Notes under the pieces: generated by a model | Databases searched by the model: none | The model's input: the letters and a program-made list of their open reading frames with translations, nothing else | Told to the model about the DNA's origin: nothing | Translations under genes and position numbers: made by a program | Source of the DNA: Polyangiales bacterium | Lineage (GTDB): Bacteria > Myxococcota_A > Polyangia > Polyangiales > Houyiibacteriaceae | Direction of reading: 5' to 3' | NCBI GenBank assembly: GCA_045106895.1 | Contig: JBGCFM010000012.1 | Coordinates: 36,449 to 100,448, forward strand | Length of the DNA stretch: 64,000 nt | Part shown: piece after piece, positions 29,092 through 39,179 of the stretch | How positions within the stretch are numbered: the stretch's first letter is position 1 | Layout of the letters: each line of letters opens with the position of its first letter

Positions 29092-30672
29092 ATGCAGAAC
29101 ATCTCCACGCACAAGTCCTCCCCCAGGCGCCTGCCCCCTCGAGAGACCCCTGAAACGGTCCCCGCATCACCCGAATCCCCCAGGCCCCGCCCTTGGCTTG
29201 GCTGGATACTCTCGGCGGCCGCGGTCTTGCTTTCGGTCGTGAGCGCGGAGTGCTTCTTCTTGCCCGGCGCTCTCGTCGTCCGCGACCTCGGTGATCCCGC
29301 CCTCGGCGGCCCGGGCATCTCCCAGCGCGCCCATGAACTTCACCAGAGCCTCAGCGAGCGAATGGGCCCCTGGGCGCGCGAGCGAATCGCCTCCGGAGAT
29401 GCCACACGAATCCCGCTCCACGACGTACCGCAAAACGAATGGCCCATTTTCAGCGCGGTCTTCTACCTAAACTCTACCGAGGCCTTTGCGAACGCCGGCC
29501 ATGACATCGCCTACGCCCATGACGCCATCGAGGCGTCCCGAGATCTCCTCATGGATGAAGGTCACCACACCTGGGTTCGAAACCACTGGGGCGATGACTA
29601 CCTTCACGACAACAATGTGTTCTTCCGCTCGCTGCTCATCGCCGGGCTCACTAGCTACTGCGCACTGCGGGAGAGCCCTGCCGACCTCGCCTTCCTGCGC
29701 GACCAAGTGGAGACCTTGAGCGCCGACCTCGATGCATCCGCCCACGGCGTTCTCGAAGACTATCCACAGGAGACCTACCCCATCGATGTGCTCGCCGCCG
29801 TTGCCTACATCCATCGCGCAGACGCCGTCCTTGGCACCGACCACAGCGCCTTCGTCGCCCGTGCGCGGCGTGCCTTCGTCGCGCCCTACGACGACGCGCT
29901 GGGACTCGTTCGCTTTCGTGTCGACCTCAACATTGATGGGGACCGCCAAGCCATGCCCAGCAATGTTCAACCAGGGCGAGGAATCGGAAACTCGTGGGTT
30001 GGCATCTATGCGCCGGAGCTCTGGCCCGCCGATGCCGCGCGATGGCACGAAGTGCACACAGACGAGTTCTGGCAGGAGCGCGGGTGGGCGACGGGCTTTC
30101 GCGAGTACCGACGCGACGGCAACGAAGGCGAATGGACCTTTGAGGTAGACGCGGGCCCCGTGCTCGATGGCTTTGGAACGTCCGCCAGCGCCTTTGGAAT
30201 TGGCGCGGCGCGGCGCAACGGCCGCTTCGACCAGGCGTTCACGCTCAGTACACAGATGGTCGCGACGAGCTTTCCGTGGAGCGATGGTTCGCTCCTCTTG
30301 CCCCAAGAGTTCTCACATCCGGCGGCGCCCATGCTCGGCGAAGCGGCAATCCTCTACTTTCTCACCATCGAGCCCGCCGATGGCTTCGAGACGGTGAGCG
30401 GAGGCGAGATTACCTTCCTCGTCTACGCTTGCCTCGCCTTCTACTTCGGCGTGTTCTTCTTCGTGCTTCTTTTCTCCGTGAGCACCATCCGGCGGCTCCG
30501 CCAAGCGCGCGATGAAAGCCTGACGTGGAAAGCCGGAGTGGCCCTCCTCGTCGTCCTTGTCATAGGCATGGTGGACCCCTTCCTCGGCATGTTCTCGCTC
30601 TTTGCGCTACTCCTCGTGGCTCGGCGCAAACTGCGCCCCGCAGGGGACCAGGCGGCGCAAATCGAAGATTGA
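29092..30672 (+). CDS. Membrane-anchored (alpha/alpha)6-barrel protein, linalool dehydratase/isomerase-like
   Basis: N-terminal TM/signal, helical periplasmic domain (LEDYP.E.YP.D, GFREY, VDAGPV) and C-terminal TMs. Family call is recall-based. Confidence 0.5.
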   Translation: MQNISTHKSSPRRLPPRETPETVPASPESPRPRPWLGWILSAAAVLLSVVSAECFFLPGALVVRDLGDPALGGPGISQRAHELHQSLSERMGPWARERIASGDATRIPLHDVPQNEWPIFSAVFYLNSTEAFANAGHDIAYAHDAIEASRDLLMDEGHHTWVRNHWGDDYLHDNNVFFRSLLIAGLTSYCALRESPADLAFLRDQVETLSADLDASAHGVLEDYPQETYPIDVLAAVAYIHRADAVLGTDHSAFVARARRAFVAPYDDALGLVRFRVDLNIDGDRQAMPSNVQPGRGIGNSWVGIYAPELWPADAARWHEVHTDEFWQERGWATGFREYRRDGNEGEWTFEVDAGPVLDGFGTSASAFGIGAARRNGRFDQAFTLSTQMVATSFPWSDGSLLLPQEFSHPAAPMLGEAAILYFLTIEPADGFETVSGGEITFLVYACLAFYFGVFFFVLLFSVSTIRRLRQARDESLTWKAGVALLVVLVIGMVDPFLGMFSLFALLLVARRKLRPAGDQAAQIED

Positions 30673-30737
30673 ATCTGGGTGCTGGAGCGAACCGCCTCCG
30701 GGGTGCGCCTTCCTCGGCATGTGATAAGCGAAGCGCG

Positions 30738-31625
30738 ATGAAGATGAACCGGCCGAAAATGTTCGTGCTCTTCTTCCTCATCGCCCACGGCGGTGGGCTG
30801 ACGCTGGCGCTTCTTTTCCCGGATGCCTGGCATGATCCCTCGGGTCTTCAGAAAGCCGTCGGTGTGCTCCACCTCCTGCCGGTGCTGTTGGCGACCTTGG
30901 TCGTCCAGGGCCCGATTCTCAAACAGCCGGTGATGGAGCCGCTGGGCCTCAAGCTTCGTCCAAGCCGCTATTGGCTCGTCGCTTGGCTCAGTCCCATCAT
31001 CGTCCTGGCCGTCGGCCTGGCGGTCTGCGCGGCGCTTGGCCATGAGCTCGTCCTCGACGCCGCCAGCTATGTCGCGCGAAAACGCGCGAGCCTCGAGCCG
31101 GAGATGCTCGCGGGCTTTGACGAGATGGTCGAGCAGAGCCCACCTGGCTCCCCCCTCTACTTCATCGGACCCGGCCTCCTCGCCGGCATCACGATGAATC
31201 TTCTTCTGGGTCTCGCGACAGAGATCGGCTGGCGCGGCTTTCTTTTTCGGGAGATCCAAGGCGGCTTCTGGCGACGCTCGCTGCTCATCGGTTTCGCGGA
31301 AGCTGCCTACTTCGCGCCGATCCTCGCATTGGGCTACTTCTTCGACGCCCCAGCCGACGGCCTCATCGCGATGAGCGTCTTTTGTCTCGCCGTCTCGCCT
31401 TTCCTCGTCTACCTACGAGCGCGCTCGCGCTCCGTGCTTCCCCCAGCCGTGTTCCGCGGAACGCTCCTCGCTCTCACCGCCGTGGCCGCAGATCTGACCA
31501 CGGCGCCTGCCGCCGTTCGACCTTTCTTTGGCGCCGCGGGCACCGCGGGTCTGTTGGTTCTTCTTCTCGGCGCCATCGTTCACGACCGCTCTTGTAAAGA
31601 ACGGCTTATTTTCCCTGCGAAGTAG
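30738..31625 (+). CDS. CPBP (Abi/CAAX) family membrane protein, degenerate active site
   Basis: ATEIGWRGFL, YLRARSRSV, ~8 TMs. Confidence 0.75.
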   Translation: MKMNRPKMFVLFFLIAHGGGLTLALLFPDAWHDPSGLQKAVGVLHLLPVLLATLVVQGPILKQPVMEPLGLKLRPSRYWLVAWLSPIIVLAVGLAVCAALGHELVLDAASYVARKRASLEPEMLAGFDEMVEQSPPGSPLYFIGPGLLAGITMNLLLGLATEIGWRGFLFREIQGGFWRRSLLIGFAEAAYFAPILALGYFFDAPADGLIAMSVFCLAVSPFLVYLRARSRSVLPPAVFRGTLLALTAVAADLTTAPAAVRPFFGAAGTAGLLVLLLGAIVHDRSCKERLIFPAK

Positions 31626-31688
31626 GGTGCTCTGCACCCGTGGAGCGGAACTTTCCGTTCTCCCTAGCGAATGATATCCTGCGGACAC

Positions 31689-32465
31689 GTGAACAACGCC
31701 CTCCGATTGGTCCTTGCCTGTGCGTTCAGCGTGGCATTCAGCTTCTCCAACGCCGCTCACGCGCAGACCGTGGAAGACGCGCGCCGCCACTACCTCGAAG
31801 CCGAGTTCGAAGAGGCGATTGCCGACTTTGAGGCGGTGCTTTCCCGGCCAAGCCTAGACGCAGCCGCTGCAGTCGAATGCCACACCCATCTGATGACGCT
31901 GCGCATGCTTCTGGGCAACGCAGAGGCCGCGCGGGTTCACGCCGCGTACGCCCTCGCGCTCGACCCCGCCGCAAGCGCCCCGGCGGGTGCTCCCCCCGAA
32001 GCGACGCAGCTCCTCACCGATGTGCGTGGACAGCTCGGCGGACCGGCCCGACTAAGCATCGACACCGAGAGCGCGCCCGAGCAGGGAGCGCCTACGACGA
32101 TCCGCGCCTCCCTCGAACCGGCACCCGATGGTCTGTTCACCTCCTTGCGTCTTCGTTGCGCCAGCGGCGACGTGACCGGCGATGAATCCGGAGCTCCTCC
32201 CAACGTCGCTTTGACGCTTTCGCCGGACGAAGAGATCTTCTGCCGCGCGAGCGCATCCAATGACGCAGGCGCTGTGCTTCTTCGCGTCCGGCAGACGTTT
32301 ACCCTCGACGAGGAAGAACAAGACGCCGCCGGCGGCACGAGCCCTTGGGTTTGGGTCGGGGTCGGCGCCGGCGTCCTCGCCGTCGCTGCAGCCGTCGTCG
32401 CGGTTGTGCTCCTCGTGCCAAACGACCAAGCCACCTTGGGCCCTCCTACCATCGAGACGCTCTGA
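31689..32465 (+). CDS. Exported TPR-like protein with C-terminal TM anchor
   Basis: Signal AHA-Q. ARRHYLEAEFEEAI..FE and ALALDP. PWVWVGVGAGVL anchor. Confidence 0.7.
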   Translation: MNNALRLVLACAFSVAFSFSNAAHAQTVEDARRHYLEAEFEEAIADFEAVLSRPSLDAAAAVECHTHLMTLRMLLGNAEAARVHAAYALALDPAASAPAGAPPEATQLLTDVRGQLGGPARLSIDTESAPEQGAPTTIRASLEPAPDGLFTSLRLRCASGDVTGDESGAPPNVALTLSPDEEIFCRASASNDAGAVLLRVRQTFTLDEEEQDAAGGTSPWVWVGVGAGVLAVAAAVVAVVLLVPNDQATLGPPTIETL

Positions 32466-32483
32466 TGCGGCGAACGAAAGTAC

Positions 32484-34142
32484 ATGAGCGCTGAGCCCAA
32501 ACCAGAGGTGCTTGTTGACCGAGTGGGCCGCTACCGGCTTCTCGGCGAGATCGCTCGCGGCGGAATGGCCACCGTGCATTTTGCGCGGCTCGCGGCCGCG
32601 CATGGCTTTGAGAAGTGGGTCGCCGTCAAGCTCATGCATGAGCACATGTCGCAAGACGAGACCTTCGTCCGTATGTTCCACGATGAAGCGCGCATCGTCT
32701 CGCAGCTCAACCACCCCAACATCTGCCAGGTCATGGACTTCGGCGACGACGACGGGCGCCTGTATCTGGTCATGGAGTATCTCCACGGCGAGACGCTCTC
32801 GAGCGTCGTTCGAGCTGCTTGGCGTGGCGGAAAACGGCTGCCGCTGTGGTTTTGCGCGCGCATCATCGCCGATGCCGCTCGTGGACTTCACGCCGCTCAC
32901 GAGCTCAAGGACCGTAGCGGGAAACACGTAGGCCTAGTTCACCGGGACGTCTCTCCTCAGAACGTGATGGTGCTCTACGACGGCGTCGGAAAGCTCATGG
33001 ACTTTGGTGTCGTACGCGCGGAAGGACGGCTCACGGAGACCGCCGCCGGGACGCTCAAGGGCAAGTTCTCATACATGGCCCCAGAGGAGCTGCGCGGCGC
33101 CGAGAGTGACAAACGAGCAGACATCTGGGCCCTCGGAGTGATGCTCTGGGAGATCACGTGTGGACAGCGACTCTTTCGCGCAAAGGGCGAAGGCCAGACC
33201 GCCGTGTTGGTGTTGCAAAGCGATATCCCCGATCCGCGATCGCTCATCGAAGGTTTCCCCGACAGCCTGGCGGACATCATCATGGGATGTCTGGAACGAG
33301 ACCAGGACGAACGCATCGCCACGGCGCGGGAGGTTGCCGTCGGTCTTGAACGTTTCCTCCTCGAAGCCGGCACCCTCGCGGCACCCGAAGATGTCAGTGA
33401 AGTCCTTGAGGAACAATTCCCAGGCCGCGCCGCAGAACGTCGCGCTGAGCTTCAGCAGCGCCAGGCTAGAAGTGAACCTCCACCGCAAGCCGAGGAGCAC
33501 TCTTCCACAACGATGAGCCGTGTTCGCGAGGTGTCCTCGGCGGCGCCCGCGAAGCCCGATCGACGCGGTGTGTTGCTCTTCTTCCTCGTCGTCCTCGCGG
33601 CGGGATTGGTCAGCGCGGGCGTGGTCATCATGAGCACCCCGGACGAACCCGTGAGCAGTCCACTCGCGCAGGCAGCGGCCCCCGTGGAGACTGAGTTTCC
33701 TACGGCCACGCCCATTCCCGCAGCGATGACTGAAGCGCCTACCATCGGAGATCTCGTCGTAGAACCTCTGCCAGGAGAGACCGCGGAGATGAACGCGCCG
33801 GCCGCGATGGACAGCGCGAGAATGAGACCCGTTCGGCATGGGATGCGTCGTACGCCAATCATGAACGCGGTGGTGGAAGCTCCCATGGTGGAAGCGCCCA
33901 TGATGGCGACGCCCATGGAGGCCGCCCCGGAAGGCAACGGTCGACTCAACCTGCTCTCGATCCCCTCGGCACAGGTCACGCTGGGCGGCCGCGCCATCGG
34001 TCGCACGCCGCTGATTCGCTACGAGCTACCTTCCGGGCGGCACCGCCTCACACTGACCGCCGCCGACGGCAGCACAAAGACCGTCAGCGTGACCATCCGT
34101 GCTGACGAGACCACGCGGCAGTCCGTGTCGCTAAACAACTAG
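32484..34142 (+). CDS. Membrane Ser/Thr kinase with C-terminal PEGA domain
   Basis: IARGGMA, HRDVSPQN, DFG, KGKFSYMAPE. TM. PEGA (G.L.L.S.P.A.V..G.TP...LPSG.H). Confidence 0.93.
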   Translation: MSAEPKPEVLVDRVGRYRLLGEIARGGMATVHFARLAAAHGFEKWVAVKLMHEHMSQDETFVRMFHDEARIVSQLNHPNICQVMDFGDDDGRLYLVMEYLHGETLSSVVRAAWRGGKRLPLWFCARIIADAARGLHAAHELKDRSGKHVGLVHRDVSPQNVMVLYDGVGKLMDFGVVRAEGRLTETAAGTLKGKFSYMAPEELRGAESDKRADIWALGVMLWEITCGQRLFRAKGEGQTAVLVLQSDIPDPRSLIEGFPDSLADIIMGCLERDQDERIATAREVAVGLERFLLEAGTLAAPEDVSEVLEEQFPGRAAERRAELQQRQARSEPPPQAEEHSSTTMSRVREVSSAAPAKPDRRGVLLFFLVVLAAGLVSAGVVIMSTPDEPVSSPLAQAAAPVETEFPTATPIPAAMTEAPTIGDLVVEPLPGETAEMNAPAAMDSARMRPVRHGMRRTPIMNAVVEAPMVEAPMMATPMEAAPEGNGRLNLLSIPSAQVTLGGRAIGRTPLIRYELPSGRHRLTLTAADGSTKTVSVTIRADETTRQSVSLNN

Positions 34143-34177
34143 AGCCCATCTCAGCTCCGCCGAAGCGTTGCGTTCGG

Positions 34178-34933
34178 CTACTTGCGGAACTTCTTCCACT
34201 GGTTGAGATCCGCTTCTTGGAACGCACCGTAGCGGCCCTGAAGTCGCACGACCTCGCCATAGGCGGCCGGCATCTGGGGAGCCAAGTTGAGCAGAACGTG
34301 ACCGGTGGCTTCGGCGTCACCGGCGGCGCGGTGGGCTTGCTCGAGGGGCACGTTGAAGTGCGCCGCGACGTCGCCAAGCTTCCGGCTCTTTTGATCTTTG
34401 AGAATCTCACGCGCCCACACGAGGGGGTCGAGCCACACGACGTCTTTGCGCATCGCCGGCGGGACGGCGCCGGCGCTCAACGCGCCTCGCACGCGCTGGA
34501 TCTCAGCGTGGAGAAAGCCGCGGTCAAACTGCGCGTTGTAGGCGACGGGAAGGCGACCCTGAAGGAGTTCAACGACCTTCGGCAGCACCTCTTCGAAGCG
34601 CGGCGCGCCGGCGAGCTCTTCGTCGCTAATGCCGTGAATGGCGCGGGACTCCTCGGGGACAGGAATGCCTGGATTGACGAGCAGGCCTTCGCGAAAAAGA
34701 ACGCGACCTCGCTCGAAGGCGACGATGCCAATCTCCAGAATACGGTCCACGGACGAGTCGACGCCGGTGGTCTCGAAGTCGATGACGGCGAAGGGAAGCG
34801 ACGACCAGCTCTGGCTCGCCTCGAACTCCTCACAGAGGCCAGGAACGTTGCGAATCGCTGCGGCGATCAGATCGGCGATACCGGGGTAGTGGCGGCCCGT
34901 TGGAAAACAGGTTGGATGAGCGTCGCTTCGCAC
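34178..34933 (-). CDS. DEDDh 3'-5' exonuclease (DNA Pol III epsilon-like)
   Basis: DFETTG, AYNAQFD, AHRAAGDA. Confidence 0.88.
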   Translation of the reverse strand: MRSDAHPTCFPTGRHYPGIADLIAAAIRNVPGLCEEFEASQSWSSLPFAVIDFETTGVDSSVDRILEIGIVAFERGRVLFREGLLVNPGIPVPEESRAIHGISDEELAGAPRFEEVLPKVVELLQGRLPVAYNAQFDRGFLHAEIQRVRGALSAGAVPPAMRKDVVWLDPLVWAREILKDQKSRKLGDVAAHFNVPLEQAHRAAGDAEATGHVLLNLAPQMPAAYGEVVRLQGRYGAFQEADLNQWKKFRK

Positions 34934-35000
34934 CCGGAGTCTCTACCACCCTCGCGCCCACATTGCACTCGACGTCGGCCTGGGCCTGGTAAGGTGCGGC

Positions 35001-35918
35001 GTGTACCGAACACGCTACGCACCCTCCCCCACCGGGGAAATGCACCTAGGCCACGCCCGAACGGCGCTCATCGCGTGGCTCAGGGCCCGTGAACAACACG
35101 GCAAAGTGCTTATGCGCATCGAAGATCTCGATCCGCCCCGGGTAAAAGCCGGCAGCGAAGCGAGCATCTTGCGGGACCACGAATGGCTAGGCCTTACTTG
35201 GGACGAAGGCCCCGTGCGTCAGTCCGAGCGCAGCGTCCTCTACGAAGAAGCGATCGCCTCCATCGACGAACGTTTTCCATGCACCTGCTCGCGCCGAGAC
35301 ATTCGCGCCGCCAGCGCTCCTCACGCCGGCGAAGGCGGCAAGCGCTACCCCGGCACTTGCTACGACGGCCCCAAAGACAATGGCCGCACGCCGGCGATTC
35401 GATTTCGTATGCAAGAGGCCGAAGGCTTCCATGACGGGTTCGCCGGCGCGGTGCCGCCGGGGCTTGGTCTCGACGACTTCGTTCTTCGCCGCGCCGACGG
35501 CCTCTTCGCCTATCAGCTCGCCGTTGTCGTCGACGACGCCGAAGCCGGGATCACCGAAGTCATTCGCGCCGACGACCTCCTCGACTCCACGCCGAAACAG
35601 ATCGCGATCTACCGGACCCTTGGACACGAGCCGCCGGATTGGATGCACTTGCCCCTCGTCCGCGCCGAAGACGGCGAACGCCTCTCCAAACGCCACGCGG
35701 CGCCATCCATCTCCGCGTACCGTGAAGCAGGCTGGTCGAAGGAACGCATTCTTGGATCGCTGGCAGGTTCCCTCGGTATTGGCGAAGGTGCGCCGGCCTC
35801 GCTGGATGAGCTGCTGAGCGCGTTCTGCATGGACACGCTTCGACAGAGTAACGCGCTCAATGAGCTGCCTGCACCGGAAGGCGCCTACTCCGGCGAGAAC
35901 GTTAGGGGAACAAGGTAG
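35001..35918 (+). CDS. gluQ: Glutamyl-Q tRNA(Asp) synthetase
   Basis: RYAPSPTGEMHLGH, RIEDLDPPR, C.CSR, YQLAVVVDD, RLSKR. No anticodon-binding domain. Confidence 0.92.
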   Translation: MYRTRYAPSPTGEMHLGHARTALIAWLRAREQHGKVLMRIEDLDPPRVKAGSEASILRDHEWLGLTWDEGPVRQSERSVLYEEAIASIDERFPCTCSRRDIRAASAPHAGEGGKRYPGTCYDGPKDNGRTPAIRFRMQEAEGFHDGFAGAVPPGLGLDDFVLRRADGLFAYQLAVVVDDAEAGITEVIRADDLLDSTPKQIAIYRTLGHEPPDWMHLPLVRAEDGERLSKRHAAPSISAYREAGWSKERILGSLAGSLGIGEGAPASLDELLSAFCMDTLRQSNALNELPAPEGAYSGENVRGTR

Positions 35919-36718
35919 GACGTCCATCCTTCGAATGGGTATCCCTCCACGTGGTGGTTGATAAGGGCGTTCCGGATGCAGGTCGCAAGTCTCGGATTGA
36001 ATCTCTGTACCAAGGGAGCGCCGACAACGTTCCCATCTCCGTCAAGTCTCATCGTGACAGTTCCACTCACAAATCGTGTGTACGGGCACCCGCGTACCGC
36101 TTCTACAACGGAGTCACCGATAATTTGGCGATGTTGGTCACTACGGGCAGCTGCTTCGTAGTCATGAGGTGCCCGCGCAACAATGAGGGAGCGCTCTTCC
36201 AGTCTTCCTTCGCGCGCGTGCTCAAGCACGTGATGCTCGTCCCTCCAAACAAAGCGTCCGTCGCCGAAGTGAGCGAACTCGACCCAGTCTCCTGCCGGCA
36301 AGCGGACCCAAAGGGTGCGCGCCTCCCAGCGCGACTCCAGTCGATAGGTGTCGTCAGCGGAGCGCGAATAGCGAGGAGGAAACTCGAGCGCCAGGTTCAT
36401 CGGCGCGTACACGACCGTCACGTATCGGCCGTCGTAGACGAACTGCTGTCGCATGAACGCCCAGCGCCCAGGAACGCAGCGCGCCATCCAGACTCCGACG
36501 GCCTCCGGCATGATCGCGTTCTCAACCGGAGTCACTTGGTGCACCTCATACGTCGAAGGCTCCGGGCATGGGATGGCGATTTCCTCCATCTGGATCACGC
36601 GCAGCCCTTCGTTCTCTCGCTCGGCGCCTGCCGGACTCGCTGGTTCGGGGCTTCTTGGTGTTGCGGGAAGAGTCGCGCAGCTCATCAACAGGAGCGCTCC
36701 GATCACCGCAACGTGCAT
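35885..36718 (-). CDS. Hypothetical lipoprotein with AgmX/PglI (TonB_C-like) C-terminal domain
   Basis: Lipobox LMSC. C-terminus RGC..SGTVTMRLDGDGNV...ATCIRNAL. Confidence 0.55.
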   Translation of the reverse strand: MHVAVIGALLLMSCATLPATPRSPEPASPAGAERENEGLRVIQMEEIAIPCPEPSTYEVHQVTPVENAIMPEAVGVWMARCVPGRWAFMRQQFVYDGRYVTVVYAPMNLALEFPPRYSRSADDTYRLESRWEARTLWVRLPAGDWVEFAHFGDGRFVWRDEHHVLEHAREGRLEERSLIVARAPHDYEAAARSDQHRQIIGDSVVEAVRGCPYTRFVSGTVTMRLDGDGNVVGAPLVQRFNPRLATCIRNALINHHVEGYPFEGWTSYLVPLTFSPE

Positions 36719-36790
36719 GCCTCCAGACTAGCTCACCATGAGGCAAATCGGCATAACGCTCGAAATAGCGCGATAGACTATGATGCTGCC

Positions 36791-37948
36791 ATGCACAGGG
36801 TCCCTTCTGCACTGCTCCTCGTCTTCGCCCTCGCTTGTGGTGACGACGATGCGCGCGTCGATGGTGGTGTCGATGCGAGCCCGCGGCAGGACAGCGCCAC
36901 GGATGCGCCATTCGATGCCGGCAACGACGCGTCGGCTGACGGGGGGGCCGACGCGGGCGCAGACGCACCCATCGACGCCGGTGTCGACGCACCGCCGATG
37001 CTCGACTGCGACGAGTCTACGCGCACGCGCCTTCGTGTGATCTCCTTCAACAGCGGGACGACGCCTATTATGGGCGATGACGCGCACCCCGACGGCTACA
37101 CCGAAGCGATGGCCGACATCTCCGACGAACACTACGGGGACGGACTAGCGTGGCTCCCCGCCGTTGACGCAACGCGCCTCTGGCTCGCCGAAATCGCGCC
37201 GGACATCATCGTTTTTCAGGAGATGTTCTACAGCGAAGAGTGCGCATCTATCCCCGAAGCTGCGCACGCTGGGTTCGTCTGTGAGCGCTGGAGCCCCGGC
37301 GACGAGAGCGTCATCCAAGACGTCCTCGGGGCTGGGTTCCAAGTGGCGTGCCAGCTCGACAAGACCGACAAGTGCGCCGCCGTGCGCACGTCCGTCGGAT
37401 CTTTTCGCGGCTGCGAGTCTTCTTTGTGCCTCGACGGACTCGACGGCGCCCGCGTTCCGGACTGTGGCGGCGGCTCGCGCGTCGGCCGCGGCATCATCGA
37501 TTTGAGCGACGGCGGGACCGTCACGCTGGCGACGATGCATGGGACCTCGGGGCTCAGCGCCGAAGACCAGAGCTGTCGCACGCAGCAGGTCGAACAGCTC
37601 TTCGTCGACCTCGGCGACGGCAGCGGGGAGCCCGCCGCCAACGGAACACGCAACCTCGTCTTGGGGGACCTCAACCTTGACCCCCACCGCTCATTGCCCT
37701 TCGACTCCAGCGCCCAGCACCTCGCGGAGTTCGTCGGCGAGGACCTGCCCTTCTCTTACATCACAGAGACCGGCGAAGACGCTCCCGGCAGCTACGGCGG
37801 CGCCTTCGACATCGACCACGTGATGAGCGGCGCCTTCATTGGGCGCTGCTTTCATCCGGGCCTAAGCGAGGGACACGAGGCCCGCGTGTATGAGCCCTCG
37901 TACTTCGATCACCTCCCCGTCGTGTGTGACGTCGAGGCCTGTGAATAG
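36791..37948 (+). CDS. Endonuclease/exonuclease/phosphatase (EEP) family lipoprotein
   Basis: Lipobox LACG. VISFN, DIIVFQE, LGDLN, IDHV, FDHLPV. Confidence 0.85.
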   Translation: MHRVPSALLLVFALACGDDDARVDGGVDASPRQDSATDAPFDAGNDASADGGADAGADAPIDAGVDAPPMLDCDESTRTRLRVISFNSGTTPIMGDDAHPDGYTEAMADISDEHYGDGLAWLPAVDATRLWLAEIAPDIIVFQEMFYSEECASIPEAAHAGFVCERWSPGDESVIQDVLGAGFQVACQLDKTDKCAAVRTSVGSFRGCESSLCLDGLDGARVPDCGGGSRVGRGIIDLSDGGTVTLATMHGTSGLSAEDQSCRTQQVEQLFVDLGDGSGEPAANGTRNLVLGDLNLDPHRSLPFDSSAQHLAEFVGEDLPFSYITETGEDAPGSYGGAFDIDHVMSGAFIGRCFHPGLSEGHEARVYEPSYFDHLPVVCDVEACE

Positions 37949-37957
37949 CGCGCTCGG

Positions 37958-38362
37958 CTAAGCGTCCGAGTCCGTCACTTCGGGTTCAGGGACCTCCGCG
38001 TTTGCGAACTCGCTCGCAAAAGCGTGCCCATTTTCGGTCCACGCGACGGGCGTCGCTGACACGACCATCGCACGCATGATGGCGCCGTAGAGATGCGGAA
38101 AAAGCGCGCCACCCCGCGACTCTTCGAAGCGAAGCGCGTCGCCGAGGGACTCGACGCTCAGCGCCACGAGGACAACGTTCTCATCGGCAAAGTACTTCGC
38201 CGCGGTCCCGGCAACTTGGTGCGCGGAAGACAGGTGAACAAAACCATCACGCTCGTCGTCCGGGCTCCCGGCAAATCGTCCAAAGCGCTCAAGCAGCTCC
38301 GCCTCCGGCTCGCGAAGCAGCTTGTAGACCATGTCGCCCGTTTCCGTTGTCTCTTCGCTCAT
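37958..38362 (-). CDS. DUF952 family protein
   Basis: VYKL, GSPDD.RDGFVHLS, TAAKYF, E.SRGG.LFPHLYG. Confidence 0.9.
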   Translation of the reverse strand: MSEETTETGDMVYKLLREPEAELLERFGRFAGSPDDERDGFVHLSSAHQVAGTAAKYFADENVVLVALSVESLGDALRFEESRGGALFPHLYGAIMRAMVVSATPVAWTENGHAFASEFANAEVPEPEVTDSDA

Positions 38363-38465
38363 CTAAGCCTCCGGCCGCATCATCCACCAAAGCGGCGCTC
38401 CCTTGCAACGAGCGCTCGCACGAGAGTGGGCGCGGCGCGTCCGACTTTGTGTCACCCTTGTCGCC

Positions 38466-39035
38466 GTGGCGAGCGAGCACGACCCCGAAGCCTATCTCGA
38501 TGAGCTGCGCGCCGAGTTTCCTCGCCTGCGCATCATCGACAAAGACGGCGACGCCTTCTCCCTCGCCATCGACCGCTTTTTGCGCGTCATCACCTTCGGC
38601 GGCCAATCGCGTTATTGCGCGGGTTACGTCACCACCATCGGTCAGACCATCTACTTGCCCGAGGGCTGGTCACGGCGATGCGCCACGGAGCGCTACATCA
38701 CGTTGCGCCATGAAGCGGTCCACCTTCGACAGTTTCGCCGACTCAGCCTCGTCGGCATGTCGTTGCTCTACATCCTGCCGATTCTACCGCTGGGCCTCGC
38801 CTACGGCCGCGCCCGCCTCGAGTGGGAAGCCTACGAGGAGACGCTTCGCGCCACGGCGGAGGTGCGCGGAATCGAGCGTGCTCGAGACCCCGCCCTGCGT
38901 GCCCGCATCGTGACGCAGTTCGTCGGCCCCGCCTACGGGTGGATGTGGCCGTTTCGCTCCGCCATCGAATCATGGATCGACGGCTCCTTGGCGCGTATCT
39001 CCGAAGAGCTCGCATCCGAGTCGATGGACGGCTAA
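38466..39035 (+). CDS. Hypothetical zincin-like (HExxH) membrane protein
   Basis: TTIGQTIY, LRHEAVHLRQ, RARLEWEAY. Confidence 0.7.
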   Translation: MASEHDPEAYLDELRAEFPRLRIIDKDGDAFSLAIDRFLRVITFGGQSRYCAGYVTTIGQTIYLPEGWSRRCATERYITLRHEAVHLRQFRRLSLVGMSLLYILPILPLGLAYGRARLEWEAYEETLRATAEVRGIERARDPALRARIVTQFVGPAYGWMWPFRSAIESWIDGSLARISEELASESMDG

Positions 39036-39149
39036 ACACCCATGGGCTTGGGCTAGCGGGCGAAGCGAAAACGACTCCGCCAACGAGCACGACGAAGGAG
39101 AGTATTGATCAGGGTCTGCATGGACCGACGACACTGCACGTTGTAGGCC

Positions 39150-39179
39150 AACACCGACATTGTGGTTTTTGTCGGTGTT
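39150..39179. promoter_or_regulatory. 10-bp inverted repeat upstream of the ccm operon
   Basis: AACACCGACA-N10-TGTCGGTGTT in a 320-bp intergenic region. Confidence 0.45.

Noticed and set aside
35951..36790. 665-aa version of the EEP ORF
   Set aside because: The upstream part is antisense to 35885-36718. The lipoprotein signal begins at ATG 36791.
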